Below are positions 36,929 through 53,364 of a stretch of 64,000 nt of DNA, piece by piece. The notes under the pieces are model-generated. The model ran no database searches, was not told the DNA's origin, and saw only the letters and a program-made list of their open reading frames with translations. A program made the position numbers and the translations under genes. Source of the stretch: Octopus sinensis (lineage: Eukaryota); assembly GCF_006345805.1 (NCBI RefSeq), contig NC_043002.1:10664001-10728000 (forward strand). Direction: 5' to 3'. Positions within the stretch are counted from its first letter, which is position 1. Each line of letters opens with the position of its first letter.

Positions 36929-36986
36929 ATAGATAGATGGATAGATTGATAGATGGATGGATGGATAGATAGATAGATAGACAGAC

Positions 36987-37056
<70 letters not shown>

Positions 37057-37074
37057 GGAGGTAGATAGATAGAT

Positions 37075-40283
<3,209 letters not shown>

Positions 40284-41221
40284 GTTTTCGATCAAAAGGG
40301 ATCTTAAAAAAAAAAGATAGATAGATAGATAGATACGCTCGCCTGCATACATACATGCAATTTTGAGTGTGTGTCTGTCCACGCGTGCGGTGTAAAGAAA
40401 AACATTTTTAAAGAGAAATTTATAGAAATCAATAGGAACCTTTCTAAAAACGTTTCGTCAGTTACATGTACTTGATACTCCCCAACATGACAGCAATGGC
40501 TAATTAACAATCTTCATATCGCAACACATTATTTTAAGCTGTTTATCGCTACCATCTTCTGCTTGATTGATACCAACCGATATGGAAAGCTAGTACATCC
40601 AGTAATTAAAACAAAAAGAAAAAAAGCTTCCATTTGGGATCAAATTAATAATTTAATTGTTTTCATATTTTGGCCTGTTTTGGAAATTCTTTAAGAAAAA
40701 ATATAAAAAATATAAAATACTGGGAATTGCTATTTGGGAACTGTGTCATTATATGACATTTTTGTATCTTCGTTAACAAGAACAAAAAACAAGAAAAAGA
40801 CACGTGTAATGATACTGATTAGAGGAGCAATTTTAAAGAAGAGAATTTTTCAAACATTAAAGCTAATTTTCCCTGCTGCCCACTGGAAATCAAATGCGAT
40901 GTGATTGTTTAGTAATAGTCTCTAAATGAATGACATTAAGTCAATTACAAGACAGAAAAAGTTTTAATCTGAAGAAACTGTAGAAAATTGTGATGGAGTG
41001 GGGTGGGGGTAAGAGGTAAGGCAAAGAAATCTAATTGGTCGAAGTTAAAAGAAAATGCGGAAAGAAATGATGTAAATAAAATAATTTATGCATGTGTATT
41101 TAATTTTTATATATATTTATGTATCTGTGTGTGCATTTGTACATTTGATTATTTCTGAGTGCGTGGTCGAATGAGCATCTAATTTTAAAATTGCTACATA
41201 CATATATGCATATATATATAT

Positions 41222-41259
<38 letters not shown>

Positions 41260-41872
41260 CGCTCACATATGCATGGAGGCATTAAATTTCTCTATAAGAA
41301 CACATGAATATTATGTTTGTCTGCACATAGATATACTATGCATATATACAATAAATATTCATAAATACATATATAGCGTGTATATATATGTATTTGATTC
41401 CCTCTCTCTCTGTCTCTCTTTCTCTCTCTCCTGCGACCTGCTGCTTCTTAAACCATTCTGTTGGCCTTCGTATCTCGACCAACATGTGTCCCCGCTACAG
41501 AAACGGTAATTATTTCTACGCCAGCTATGTTGTTGTTGTTGTTTTTGTCTCATTTGGTCTAAAGTCGTATGACAACCACCGTTATATATATTTTGTTTAT
41601 TCATTACTGTTTTCAATTTCGTTTTCGTCTCTTGTATTCACATCCGTCTTGTGCGTTCACATTCCTGTCTTCTACCAAGAAATCTAATGCTTACAGCTTA
41701 GTTTTTTTTCTTGGGCTGGCCGAGTTGGAGCAAATATCAGAATTGAACAGCCGAAATTTGCTATGATGATTCGGTGTCTGACTGAAGATTGAAGGCTTCG
41801 AATGATTTGTCTGTGTTCCGTGTTCGTCCCTTCCTGTATTTCACGTTCATTATATATAAAAACATTCATTCT

Positions 41873-41907
<35 letters not shown>

Positions 41908-42276
41908 TATATATAAACATATTCATACATACACATGCATACATGCATACCACTCGGACATATTTTTGCAAATATATAACATTAATCTAAAATTATGGCA
42001 ATTATGTTTAAATACATCTTTTAACATTGTAAATAATTTACAATTAAAAATATTATATTAAAGCAAACCTATGAAAACGTAATTTAATATAATATTCCTG
42101 CAATTAAATTATAGATCAAACATGCGATTTTCTTTACAAAGCTCTTCATACACACACCCGTGAGTTATTTGTGTTTGTTGTTGTTGCTATTTTGGTTATT
42201 TTTAGTGGTGTTGTTTGTCTTCCTACTACAGTTTCTGCTGTTGGGTTGTTGTTTAGTTCCATATCATCCTCAATAG

Positions 42277-42552
42277 TTCCATATCATCCTCATAAGGGCC
42301 GGTTTCCCGGTTTTCTTGGCGTATAGGTTCCCCACCTGGACGGAACGCCGGTCCGTCGCAGGTGAGCTGCAAGATGCAGGAGGAAAGAATGAGAGAAAGC
42401 TGTGGCGAAAGAGTCAGCAGAAGTTCGCCATTACCTTCTGCTGGGGCTCTGTTTCGCTCGTAAACACACACATCGCCCGGTCTGAGATTCGAACCCGCGA
42501 TCCCTCGACCACGAGTCCGCTGCTCTAACCACTAGGCCATGTGACTCCACAT
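42277..42552 (-). mobile_element. SINE-A, tail A3
   Basis: Reverse complement of the 21533 family. Confidence 0.85.
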
Positions 42553-42589
42553 TATCTAATGTAACTTGCCTTTTATATAGGTTTTGTAT

Positions 42590-42965
42590 AGGCGCAGGAG
42601 TGGCTGTGTGGTAAGTAGCTTGTTTACCAACCACATGGTCCCGGGTTCAGTCCCACTGCAAGTGTCTTCTGACCAAAGCCTTGTGAGTGGATTTGGTAGA
42701 CGGAGGCTGAGGGAGGCCCGTCGTATATATGTATATATATGCGTGTGTGTGTTTGTGTGTCTGTGTTTGTCCCCCTAGAATTGCATGACAACCGATGCTG
42801 GTGTGTTTATGTCCCCGTTACCTAGCGGTTCGGCAAAAGAGACCGATAGAATAAGTACTGGGCTTACAAAGAATAAGTCCCGGGGTCGAGTTGCTCGATT
42901 AAAGGCGGTGCTCCAGCATGGCCGCAGTCAAATGACTGAAACAAGTAAGAGAGTAAAAGAGAGTA
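42590..42965 (+). mobile_element. SINE-C with internal deletion in the CORE-like segment
   Basis: ggcgcaggagtggctgtgtgg... through the tail. Confidence 0.9.
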
Positions 42966-43274
42966 AAGAGAGTTCTTCTGCAACCCTAACAAACAGACTG
43001 AGAGGAAAATGATAAAATGTAGCACCTGTTATCGTTCTCCCTCTCTCTCCCTCTCTCCCTCTCTCTCTCCCTCACTCTCTCTCTCTCTCTCTTTCTCCCC
43101 CTCGTTCTTATCCTTTCTCTATTTCTGTCTGCTGATCGGTTGGAATAAACATTTCTAACGCGATGGAAATGACTGACAAAACTTGCCGAGTTGATCTTCA
43201 TTGCACCCTGCAGTGAAAGCCCCATGTTTTGTACTTTAAACACTGCGTCTACTTGCTCATCTAGATTAATTTAC

Positions 43275-43565
43275 CTGTTTCCTTTTGTTTGTTTCAGTAA
43301 TTGGACTGCAGCCAGGCTGGAGACCCTGCCTTGAAGGGTTCATTTGAACAAATCGCCCACTGCAATCGCGTTTATTTTAACTCTAGTCCTTATATTTACG
43401 GGTTCCTTTCATCGAACGTCTAAGTTACGTTGTCGTAAACAAACCAGCATTGGCTGTCAAGAGATCGAAGAACAAACACAGACACAAGAAGAAGCACACA
43501 CACTCACACACATTCATACACACACACAGACACACACACACATACACATATACACGACGGACTTC
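43275..43565 (-). mobile_element. Old SINE-C 3' half; locally duplicated at 45170-45410
   Basis: Shared private substitutions gggttcctttcatcgaacgtctaagttacgttgtc. Confidence 0.7.
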
Positions 43566-43821
43566 TATATTTTCCCATTAATCTGTTTTCCATTTATTTT
43601 TATCCTTGTGTTTTTGCCTTTTTGTTTTCTCTTTCCTTGCTTTATACGTTTTTTTTTCCTTTCTTCTAACTAAAAAAACTTCCTGCAGAAGAGGTCCAGT
43701 TCGTAATGTCAAAAAACACCTATTTTCTTCTTCTCTCAACTAGTGTCTGACTAGTATTGCATTTTTGCAGTACTTTGTGTTCAATCTTATTCTTGTCGCT
43801 AATCTGAGCCTATAAATACAT

Positions 43822-44222
43822 ACTCTTTTACTTGTTTCAGTCATTTGACTGCGGCCATGCTGGAGCACCGCCTTTAGTCGAGCAAATCGACCCCGGGACT
43901 TATTCTTTGTAAGCCTAGTACTTATGCTATCGGTCTCTTATGCCGAACCGCTAAGTAACGGGGACGTAAACACACCAGCATCGGTTGTCAAGCGATGTTG
44001 GGAGGACAAACACAAACACACAAACATATACACACACACTTATATATATACATATATACGACAGGCTTCTTTCTGTTTCCATCTATCAAATCCACTCACA
44101 AGGCATTGGTCGGCCCGGGGCTATAGCAGAAGACACTTGCCCAAGATGCCACGCAGTGGGACTGAACCCGGAACCATGTGGTTGGTTAGCAAGCTACTTA
44201 CCACACAGCCACTCCTGCGCCT
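43822..44222 (-). mobile_element. SINE-C, near full length
   Basis: Near-consensus sequence. Confidence 0.9.
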
Positions 44223-45411
44223 ACATGAACATTTATTTAAGGTTATATTTTAGAGGTATTTTTCTGTCTGCTATTTATATACGAAAAGGTAAAGCTTCGT
44301 TATCAGAAGTGGGTAGTTAAGTAGTGAACTACAATTGTAATTAAAAGTCTAAATAAAAAGTGACTTTAGGCCACAGGAGCGAAAACCGATTAATGTCAAC
44401 AGTTTAGCTAAACACATTTAATGGTCTGTAAGGAAAGATGGGTAGATGCAGAGGTCAAACACATAAAATAGAGAAAAGCAATGATGATAATTAAATATAA
44501 GAAGATTAGATTTGAAAGTCGGTCATTTTAAAAAATAGGTCAAGTATGAAAAAGAACTGCAAGGATTTCTATTGAAGTAAAGTAAATTAGAATAAAAAAC
44601 ATATATAAAGAAAAGGCATTTCTGTTCAATTAATGTAAGTTCACGTGTTTGTGATTAGCTATATTGTCTGTGCATTTTTGTTGTGTGCAAGTGTCTATGA
44701 GCGCACATAACGTGAATACTTATTTGTATCGTATTATTGAATAATTTTGAAATATTTTGAGCAATATTATATCTTTCATATCGCATCAGCTGAAACTGAA
44801 AATCTCAAAAAAGAACGTAATTATATTACTTAGAAAGATGTTAATTAGCGCTCTTCAGTTATTGTACGACATAAATATCATCATAAATACGAAACATGTC
44901 TGTGGAACGTGCACCATATTGGAGAAGATGTGTGAGTGTGTGTGTATGTATGTGTAGGTGTGTGTATGTGTGTTGTGTATATGCACTTGGTCTGTGAATA
45001 TGTGTATATAGGTGTACGCAGCTAGTGAGACGTTTTGTCGATATTCATTTTCGCTGGTTGCGTTGAGGCAAAATTTTGTAGGGTGAATTGTGAAAATGAC
45101 GTTATGGATATCGATTTTCTTGGTCTTACCAAGCGATATGTGTTTTATATGTTATAGTTTAAATGGAGATTTATTTGAACAAATCGCTCACTGCATTCGC
45201 GTTTATTTTAAGTCTAGTCCTTATTCTTACGGGTTCCTTTCATCGAACGTCTAAGTTACGTTGTCTTAAACAAGCCAGCATTGGCTGTCAAGAGATGGAA
45301 GAACAAACACAGACAAAAGGAGAAGCACACAAACACACAAACGCACACACACAGACACACACACACACACAAACACACGCACGTATACACACATACACGA
45401 CGGACTTCTTT

Positions 45412-45620
45412 AGCAGTACATTACAATAACAGATGCGAGTTAATATTAAAACTTCCTTCGATACTTTATTTATCTATCTCCTTTTCCAATATGAAATTAT
45501 AATTATTGAGGTGTCACATCACGTTTACTGCCATCGCCTGAAAAAAGGGAACTCTCCTAATATCATCTCAGAGGAATTCAAAAGTTACAGAGATGCTAGA
45601 ATTCTGTCATGAAATCATTT
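45412..45620. repeat. ~205-bp direct repeat, second copy at 47085-47290
   Basis: tagcagtacattacaataacagatgcgag...gagatgctagaatt.tgtcatgaaa in both. Confidence 0.9.
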
Positions 45621-45952
45621 TCAGATTATGTACAGCGTTATTTTTCTAAAATTTTTCATGGGTATTCTTTCTAAATCAAAAGAGGAGACAATTCACTACA
45701 CTAACATATTAAGCCTTATGGCAGTAATTTATCCAATTTATAATTTAAATTAATCGAGATTGTATATTCATATATGTAAATTTATAAAAACACTATCATC
45801 TCTTCCTTCAACATCCTGGTTGATGAAATCAGTGCTCCACATTTTCGGCGACACATAGGCCACACGTATGTGTTCCGTAATATGTGTGTACTTTCTGAGG
45901 AAAAATTAAAATCGTCACTAATAAAATATTTATGGCATTTTATTCCTTGTTA

Positions 45953-46270
45953 TCGATATCACCGTGATCACCGTGACCGATCAGGCTATCAGATGTTGCT
46001 ACACATCGCTGGTCACAATGCTCTTTGCATTGTTTTAGCCTTCAAATGACGCCACCCCGCTGGCTAAGCGAGCAGGCCAACAGAAGAAAGAGTGAGAGAA
46101 AGTTGTGGCGAAAGATTACAGCAGGGATCGCCACCACTCCCTGTCGGAGGTTCGTGGAGCTCTTAGGTGTTTTCGCTCAATAAACACTCACAACGCCCGG
46201 TCTGAGAATCGAAACTGCGATCCTCCGACCGCAAGTCTGCTGCCCTAACCACTAGGCCATTGCACCTCCA
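45953..46270 (-). mobile_element. SINE-A, tail A4
   Basis: Same head; tail tgttggcctgctcgcttagccagcgggg...ggtcacggtgatcacggtgata. Confidence 0.85.
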
Positions 46271-46384
46271 CGTTATCGATACAAGTAATGATAAATACAC
46301 AAAATACACACACACGCACATAAACTCACACACACATAAATATGTGTGTATGCATGTATATTTTTTATTAGTGTCAAAATTTGA

Positions 46385-46600
46385 AGATGGCGAGCTGGCA
46401 GAATCGTTAACACAGCGAGCAAAAATTCTTAGCAGCATTTTGTCCGTCTTTACGCTCTGAGTTCAAAATCCGCCGAGGTTGACTTTACCTTTCATTGTTT
46501 GAGTGTCGATAAAAATAAGTACCAGGTGAGCACTGGGGTGGATGTAATCGATTTACATGCCCACCAAAAGCATTTCAGGCTTTGTGCCCATAGTAGAAAA
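46385..46600 (+). mobile_element. SINE-B monomer, T2 tail, diverged
   Basis: Head gatggcgagctggcagaatcgtt; core; tail ggctttgtgcccatagtagaaaag. Confidence 0.8.
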
Positions 46601-47643
46601 GATTATTCGTTTCAAATTTTAATAAGCAATGAATTTAGCTGTATTCTTTGTAACTCAAGAGGATACGTAGGTGTTTTGTTTGTTATAATTCTAGGTCACC
46701 CTTGATTAAGGACACATATAACGAAAATGGTTCAAGCCACGTATTTTAGTCAGACATTGTGTATTTAAAACAATATTACTTAATATGCCCTATACCAGAT
46801 TATAAATAAAGCTACAAAATATATTTAAGTAAGATTTGGCTGTCAGTTCTAGCACGTCGAGTGTCCAGTTAGAGGCCCTCCGTGTTGGTTTCGGGTGAAT
46901 GTAATTCATTGCTGTTTTGATGTTCACATCGTTATCAGATGTGATTACGACGTATGTGAGGTTAAGAACGTCTTTGATAAAGAATCGAAACACTGGACCT
47001 AGTAGTAGTAGTGGTCTGTTTACCACGGCCACTTTCTGTTCTACAGTAGAAGCAAGAATGGAATTCTATGTAATCGGTAACACTAGCAGTACATTACAAT
47101 AACAGATGCGAGCTTATCTTAAAACTTCCTTCGATACTTTATTTATCTATTTCCTTTTCCAATGTAAAATTATAATTATTGAGGTGTCACATCACGTTTA
47201 CTGCCATCACCTGAAAAAGGGAACTCTCCTAATATCATCTCAGAGGAATTCAAAAGTTACAGAGATGCTAGAATTTTGTCATGAAAATTTGTTACCAATT
47301 CTGTGGGGTAATAAATATAATCTGGATATTGATTACTTCTGTCAAGTTTAAGTGCTTAATTGAATAATAATTTTCACTTCTATTATCGTGAAAACATATA
47401 TAGCTCATTGTAATGTTTAACTGAAATATTTTTCATTCGTTCGACTAATATAGTCACTCATTAAATTTTAGTCACATTAAAAATGTGACATGTACATCAG
47501 AGGACTCAGATATCACATGTTTGTAGTCTATATTGGACTAAAAGACTTCTCTTGTTTAACAGCTTATATTTTATCTTCCTCGCCTTCAATTTCCTATGGT
47601 AATTAGCTGCATATTTTAAGCATAATAGAGCTAAAGATATATA

Positions 47644-47729
<86 letters not shown>

Positions 47730-47739
47730 TATATATATA

Positions 47740-48035
47740 TAATTAATTAATAAGGGTGAGAGAATTAGATACTAATTTAATAGTATGAGCTAACAATCGT
47801 ACTGACTTTCATGGGAAACATGTATTTTTGTGGTTGAAACCTTTTGGATTAACTGGTGCTAGAGTGAGCCATATAGTGACCACTCTCTTATATTTATTTT
47901 GTAAAAATATTGTAATATATTATAAAATATTATAATAATCCAGGTTTCTCGGAGCACTAGGCCACTTGGTGTTGAATAGATATACTATTAATTAGTATCT
48001 AATTCTCTCACCCTTATTAATTAATTATAATTATG
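47740..48035. mobile_element. Short element with ~48-bp TIRs at the edge of (TA)n; 115 bp of its interior duplicated at 48321-48435
   Basis: taattaattaataagggtgagagaattagatactaatt mirrored at 47985-48030. Confidence 0.75.
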
Positions 48036-48431
48036 CTGCATTTATTTCTAAATGCTGTATTTGTTTTCCGTGAAAGTTTGGCGCGCTGTTAGTTGGGGCA
48101 TTTGAATTATAACGTCGGATGTAATCAATTGAACCACACGCGTATTTATCGTTATGGTAAAATCTGGCGTGTGATTGAGTGGATTTCATCCAGATAGTTT
48201 TGGCTGACGAGCTACAAGTGGATTTTTTTGTAAGTAAAATTACATTTAATTCATTAATAGCGAAACAATTGTCCCAAAATAATCTGTATTTTTGTTATTT
48301 TTTATTTGCCCTGTCCGTGTGAGCTAACAATCGTACTGACTTTCATGGGAAACATGTATTTTTGTGGTTGAAACCTTTTGGATTAACTGGTGCTAGAGTG
48401 AGCCATATAGTGACCACTCTCTTATATTTAT

Positions 48432-48469
<38 letters not shown>

Positions 48470-48470
<1 letters not shown>

Positions 48471-48700
48471 TCTTTTACTCTTTTACATGTTTCAGTCATT
48501 TGACTGCGGCCATGCTGGAGCACCGCCTTTAGTCGAGCAAATCGACCCCGGGACTTATTCTTTGTAAGCCCAGTACTTATTCTATCGGTCTCTTTTGCCG
48601 AACCGCTAAGTGATGGGGACGTAAACACACCAGCATCGGTTATCAAGTAATGCTAGGGGGACAAACACAGACACACAAGCATATACACACACACTTATAT
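48470..48700 (-). mobile_element. SINE-C 3' half
   Basis: Near-consensus tail; ends at the Helitron. Confidence 0.85.
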
Positions 48701-48703
48701 ATA

Positions 48704-49085
48704 TCTCTCTCTATATAAACGGCAGTTTGTCTGTGCGTGTTTCTGTGTGTCTGTTTGCTTGTACCCTCACCCTGACCACGGCTTTCAACCGATTCTAATG
48801 AAACTTGACACACACATAGCCCAATGTCATAATTCAAAACTAACGCAGGGAAAATTTTGAAAAGTTCCCCCAATTCTGAAAAAAATCGATGAATTCGACA
48901 TGGGGTCGAGAATCAGAAACACAAACCGCAAACTGTCTAGGGGACGTAACTCCACCTTTTTTAACTAAAAAAAAAATTTACCATCATTTTTTTCCATTTT
49001 TTTGCTATTTTTTGGCTATAACTCTCTAAAATGCTTTATAGTTATTTCCCTTACAAACCTGAGCAACGCCGGGCGATACTGCTAG
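48704..49085 (+). mobile_element. Non-autonomous Helitron
   Basis: 5' TC start, 3' hairpin cctgagcaacgccggg plus CTAG, A|T flanks. Confidence 0.85.
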
Positions 49086-49409
49086 TTTTGTATAAAAATG
49101 ATTACGGATGAAACACAAATTACAAAACAAACAATAGAAGGACAATGTGAGGTTAAAAGAAACAAATGTGCTCCGACCCCACAAACTTGTCTTTTTAACC
49201 GACACCTTTTGGAAGTCCTTACAGCGTGTTCACACAGGGCCTTTCGTTCCCAGCATCCGTGCAACACGCATCTATCTTTTTGTTGTACGTAGACTCTGAC
49301 AGACACCGCTCTGGCCCCACCTTCCTTTTCAAATGGAACGTAAAATCATTCACCAAGGCGAGACCAGAGATAATGTTGATGAAGACAACATTATTGCGAA
49401 CCAAGTACC

Positions 49410-49828
49410 TATTTCTTTACTACCCACAAGGGGCTAAACACAGAGAGGACAAACAAGGACAGAAAAACGGATTAAGTCGATTATATCGACCCCAGTGCGT
49501 AACTGATACTTAATTTATCGACCCCGAAAGGAGGAAAAGCAAAATCGACCTCGATGGAATTTGAACTCGGAACATAGCGGCAGACGAAATACCTATTTCT
49601 TTACTGCCCACAAGGGGCTAAACGCAGAGAGGACAAACAAGGACAGACAAACGGATTGAGTCGATTATATGGACCCCAGTGCGTAACTGGTACTTATTTA
49701 ATCGACTCTGAAAGGATAAAAGGCAAAGTCGACCTCAGAGGAATTTGAACTCAGAAAGTAACGGCAGACGAAATACGGCTACGCATTTCGCCCGGCGTGC
49801 TAACGTTTTTGCCAGCTCGCCGCCTTTT
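49410..49828 (-). mobile_element. SINE-B stack: head + T1 + T1, with 15-bp TSD
   Basis: tg(c/t)gaaccaagtacc at 49395-49409 and 49829-49843. Confidence 0.9.
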
Positions 49829-50509
49829 TGTGAACCAAGTACCACCGAGTTACATATAACTATAAGGAGCACAGGTTCTCAAGCTTTACTTTATTCTTGT
49901 TTTGTAATGCTAACATTTTTCTGTTTCGCAATTAGCATATTTCATTGTATTTCAGGATGGCTATAAAATCAATAATAAACACAAACAGTGGCTCGGTTTC
50001 ACTGGTTTATTATTTATTTTATTATATAATCGATGGAGTAATCGATTGCCAGATTAATTGTTTGATTAATCAAACCATCAATAATGCTTGCCAAAGCTCT
50101 TTAGTCACCATTCGTGATCTCATCAATGATATGCTTTCTTTATGTCAGATCTGCTTCAGGTATGTTTTAGTTAATCGGTTAAATGGTTAACCAATTAACA
50201 AATGTATGATACAGAAGCGAAGTTGTAGATTCAGTTCGTGCGTCAATTATTGGCGTAAGAAACCTCTTGAGATACTACAAAATAAGTTCCATCTCACGAA
50301 TTAATATTAAGAAGTTTGCGATCCAAATATAAAAACGTAGCAATTTTTATGGTTAATGTGACTTTACTGACCTCCGCATCCGATAATCAAAACTCGTGTG
50401 GTATTAGGTTATTAAATAAACATGGTTTTCAGCCTCACTTGCAGCACTTTTCTCTCATATTATTAATCATTACAATATTATTTAAATTAATATGTATAGC
50501 TTATACGCG

Positions 50510-50665
50510 CAGGCATGGCTGTGCGGTTAAGAAACACGATTTGAAAACCATATGCATTCACTCCCACTGCGTGATAGCTCGGGCAAATGTCTTCTGCTGA
50601 AGCCTAGGGTCGACCAGTATCGTGTGAGAGAATTTGGTTGACAGAAACTGTGTGGAGACTTGTCG
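50510..50665 (+). mobile_element. SINE-C 5' half, diverged
   Basis: gcgcaggcatggctgtgcggtt...gggcaaatgtcttctgct. Confidence 0.7.
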
Positions 50666-50996
50666 TATACATACATACAGACATGCATATTCACACACAC
50701 ACATACGAATAAAATAGCTCACAAATATAATAGCTTCATTCTATATTTCATCACTGATATACTCTGTAATTACCATACCAAATTACTAATTGCTGCTGGT
50801 CTTCGAATTTTCATTTTCTACCAGATAGATGCAAATAACCTATACAGACTGCTATTGCCTTTAGTAGGTTATTAACCGGGTTTATTACACGGGTCCCTTA
50901 TTGAGACCCGTATAATAACCTGAGCATTTTCCCTTTTCGGAACTGGCCATGGCATGAATATGAATGAAATAGACAAATACTGGTATGCTAAATACC

Positions 50997-51221
50997 TATT
51001 TCTTTACTACCCACAAGGGGCTAAATACAGAAGGGACAAACAAGGACAGACAAACGGATTAAGTCGATTGCATCGACCCCAGTGCGTAACTGGTACTTAC
51101 TTAATCAACCCTGGTAGGATGAAAGGGAAAGTCGACATCGGCGGAATTTGAACTCAGAACGTAACGGCAGACGAAATACGGCTACGCATTTCGCCCGGCG
51201 TGCTAACGTTTCTGCCAGTTC
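50997..51221 (-). mobile_element. SINE-B monomer, T1 tail
   Basis: Short TSD gcta(a)atacc at 50987-50996 and 51222-51230. Confidence 0.9.
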
Positions 51222-51671
51222 GCTAATACCTGACAACAAAAGTTCTTCATTTATTAAAATTATCTGCGCCTCTTGACAGTGTACCGTTATTAACAAATAA
51301 TAATTATGATCAGCTACACTTGAAAAGAAGTCAGCTCAAGATTTAAGATTTCCCCAAAGAGATTCGTATTGAGGAAAGGGACAGATTTATTACCTGGAGG
51401 CAAGACGACAATTATGGACACTTGCTTCTGGTTAAGTAGCCTTTATCAGCACGACTATTGTCAAGCAACGGGTGCTGAAAAGTTGCTGGCTTTAAGGGTA
51501 TCGCGAAAGACTCGACCTTCCGAGTTCTTTTAAAGCGTTTAGTAAAACCTAAGGACCGCTGAGGTAAGTGTGTGGATCTGAAAGGGGAATAAGTTGAATA
51601 AAATCATAATCCTCCTGCATTTTATTTTACCCAAAGCCACCAACTTTTCAGCAACCCCACGTATATATATA

Positions 51672-52233
51672 TCTCTTATTATAAAAGGCAGATTTTATCT
51701 GCCTCCCTTTGTCAGTTATAGAAAACTACAATATAGGATTTCTTCAATTACAATTTACCTAGCATTTTTAAGAGTAGAATGCATCGGGTCATGGCAGGTC
51801 CAGTTTTTAAAATTTAAACTCCAATTAAGCAAAATTTACAGAAAACTCACATTCTGGTGTGTATGTCAAATGCTTTTCTTAATGTGGTTTACACCACACG
51901 CACACGCACACACACAGTGTGCAACGAATAAAATGAAAGTAATTTGGAAGAGAGTAAATAGCGACAGAGTGATTTGAGGAAGACTAAACTGAAAGTATTT
52001 AAACCACTACTCAAAAAATAAAAAAACACAGCAAACAGAAACAAATAAATACATAACGATTTACTCCTCACACAATTTCTTCAATTAGAATTTACCTAAG
52101 ATTTTTCAAAGTACTCCATTCGGTCATGCCATAATATATTTCTTTCAATTTCACCCCCAATTAAGACAAAATTCGAGAAAACTCAATATTTTAACATTTC
52201 ACTCCGAAAGCATTGATGTACATGTGTGCGTGC

Positions 52234-52268
<35 letters not shown>

Positions 52269-53357
52269 ATGGGTTGTGCGACACAGAAAGTGTGGTGTGT
52301 AAGTGAAGTGCTTTTGTTAGTGTGTGTAAAGAGACAGACAGAGTGAAAGACAGAAATAACTGAACTTTTTTTATTCACTTTTTGTAGTGAGTGACTGAGA
52401 GAGAAAAGAGAGAGAGAGGTTATGTATGTATATATGTATGTATGGCTTCAGTGACACACACACACAAAAACACATACCTACGTACACCGAAAGCACGCAC
52501 ACACACACACACACAAGCGGAGCGCGAACTTCAAAATTTTGGTAGTATTAATTTGCGAGCGTACTTCTAAGCGCGCGTAATTGAAAGTTTTCACTATGAT
52601 ATCATCACGTGCGAAAAAATTCGAAGGGTTTTGAACAATTGAGATACAGATGTCACGCCTGTATTGAAACCATTGCTAAGCTGCCGTAATTGCTTAATTA
52701 AGACTTTGTTTAAATTGAAAGGGGCAAATATGTGACGAGGTTGAAAAAAAATACCCCAGAAAAAAAAATGTGCTGCTGGTATTTATATAATTCACTACTA
52801 TTTTGCTACAATGTCATGAAAAAGAAAAAATTTAGGTATGTAAATCGAATTCGCCACCCCCTTTTCCCCGTTCGCGTTTGTGTAAAAAAAATTATTATAT
52901 AAGTTTTAAAAATTATTTATTTTGTTCAAAAAATATTAATATTAATTAATTTTCAAGAATTATTTAATTTTATTCTGTAAAATAGTAATTAATTCATTTA
53001 TCTGTAAATCCGCGAGGTTGTTACTCAGGCACCTAGAATGGTAACCTTCAACTAACACTATCTCCTCCGAGACCCTGCGGCGCAAGTTGACCAAAATTGA
53101 GAGTATGGTAGAAGAAGGGTTGCTCTTCCTTCCGTAGAACATAAAATTCAAATCGGACCATGTTAACACCAAAAATTATTTACATCAAAAAGATGCTTTT
53201 TTCTATGAAAATCCCTATTTTTTACGATTTTTTCACTGCTGTGTCGCCACTTTTCGGTGTATTTCGACCAGAAAAATGTTCACAAAATTTTTACTTTTCA
53301 AAATTACAATTCCAGCGGGTCGAAACAAACCCGAGCAACGCCGGGCGATACTGCTAG
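51672..53357 (+). mobile_element. Long non-autonomous Helitron-like element (may be composite)
   Basis: 5' tctcttattataaaagg; 3' cccgagcaacgccgggcgatactgCTAG|t; A|T flanks. Confidence 0.65.
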
Positions 53358-53364
53358 TATACAT

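Noticed and set aside
46790-47040. Minus-strand exon candidate (good acceptor, open frame EQKVAVVNRPLL...)
   Set aside because: No convincing donor or homology; the frame simply runs to a stop in AT-rich DNA.
49215-49410. Cys-containing minus ORF that stays open across the reconstructed pre-SINE site
   Set aside because: Short, no recognisable domain, and disrupted by the SINE stack; chance is likely.
51449-51563. Plus-strand exon ending at GAG|gtaagt (similar isolated donors near 23131 and 55268)
   Set aside because: Stops in all three frames for this segment; isolated consensus donors are expected by chance in 64 kb.
52960-53172. Helitron-captured gene fragment
   Set aside because: Short ORF with no recognisable homology; it resembles ordinary non-coding Helitron interior.
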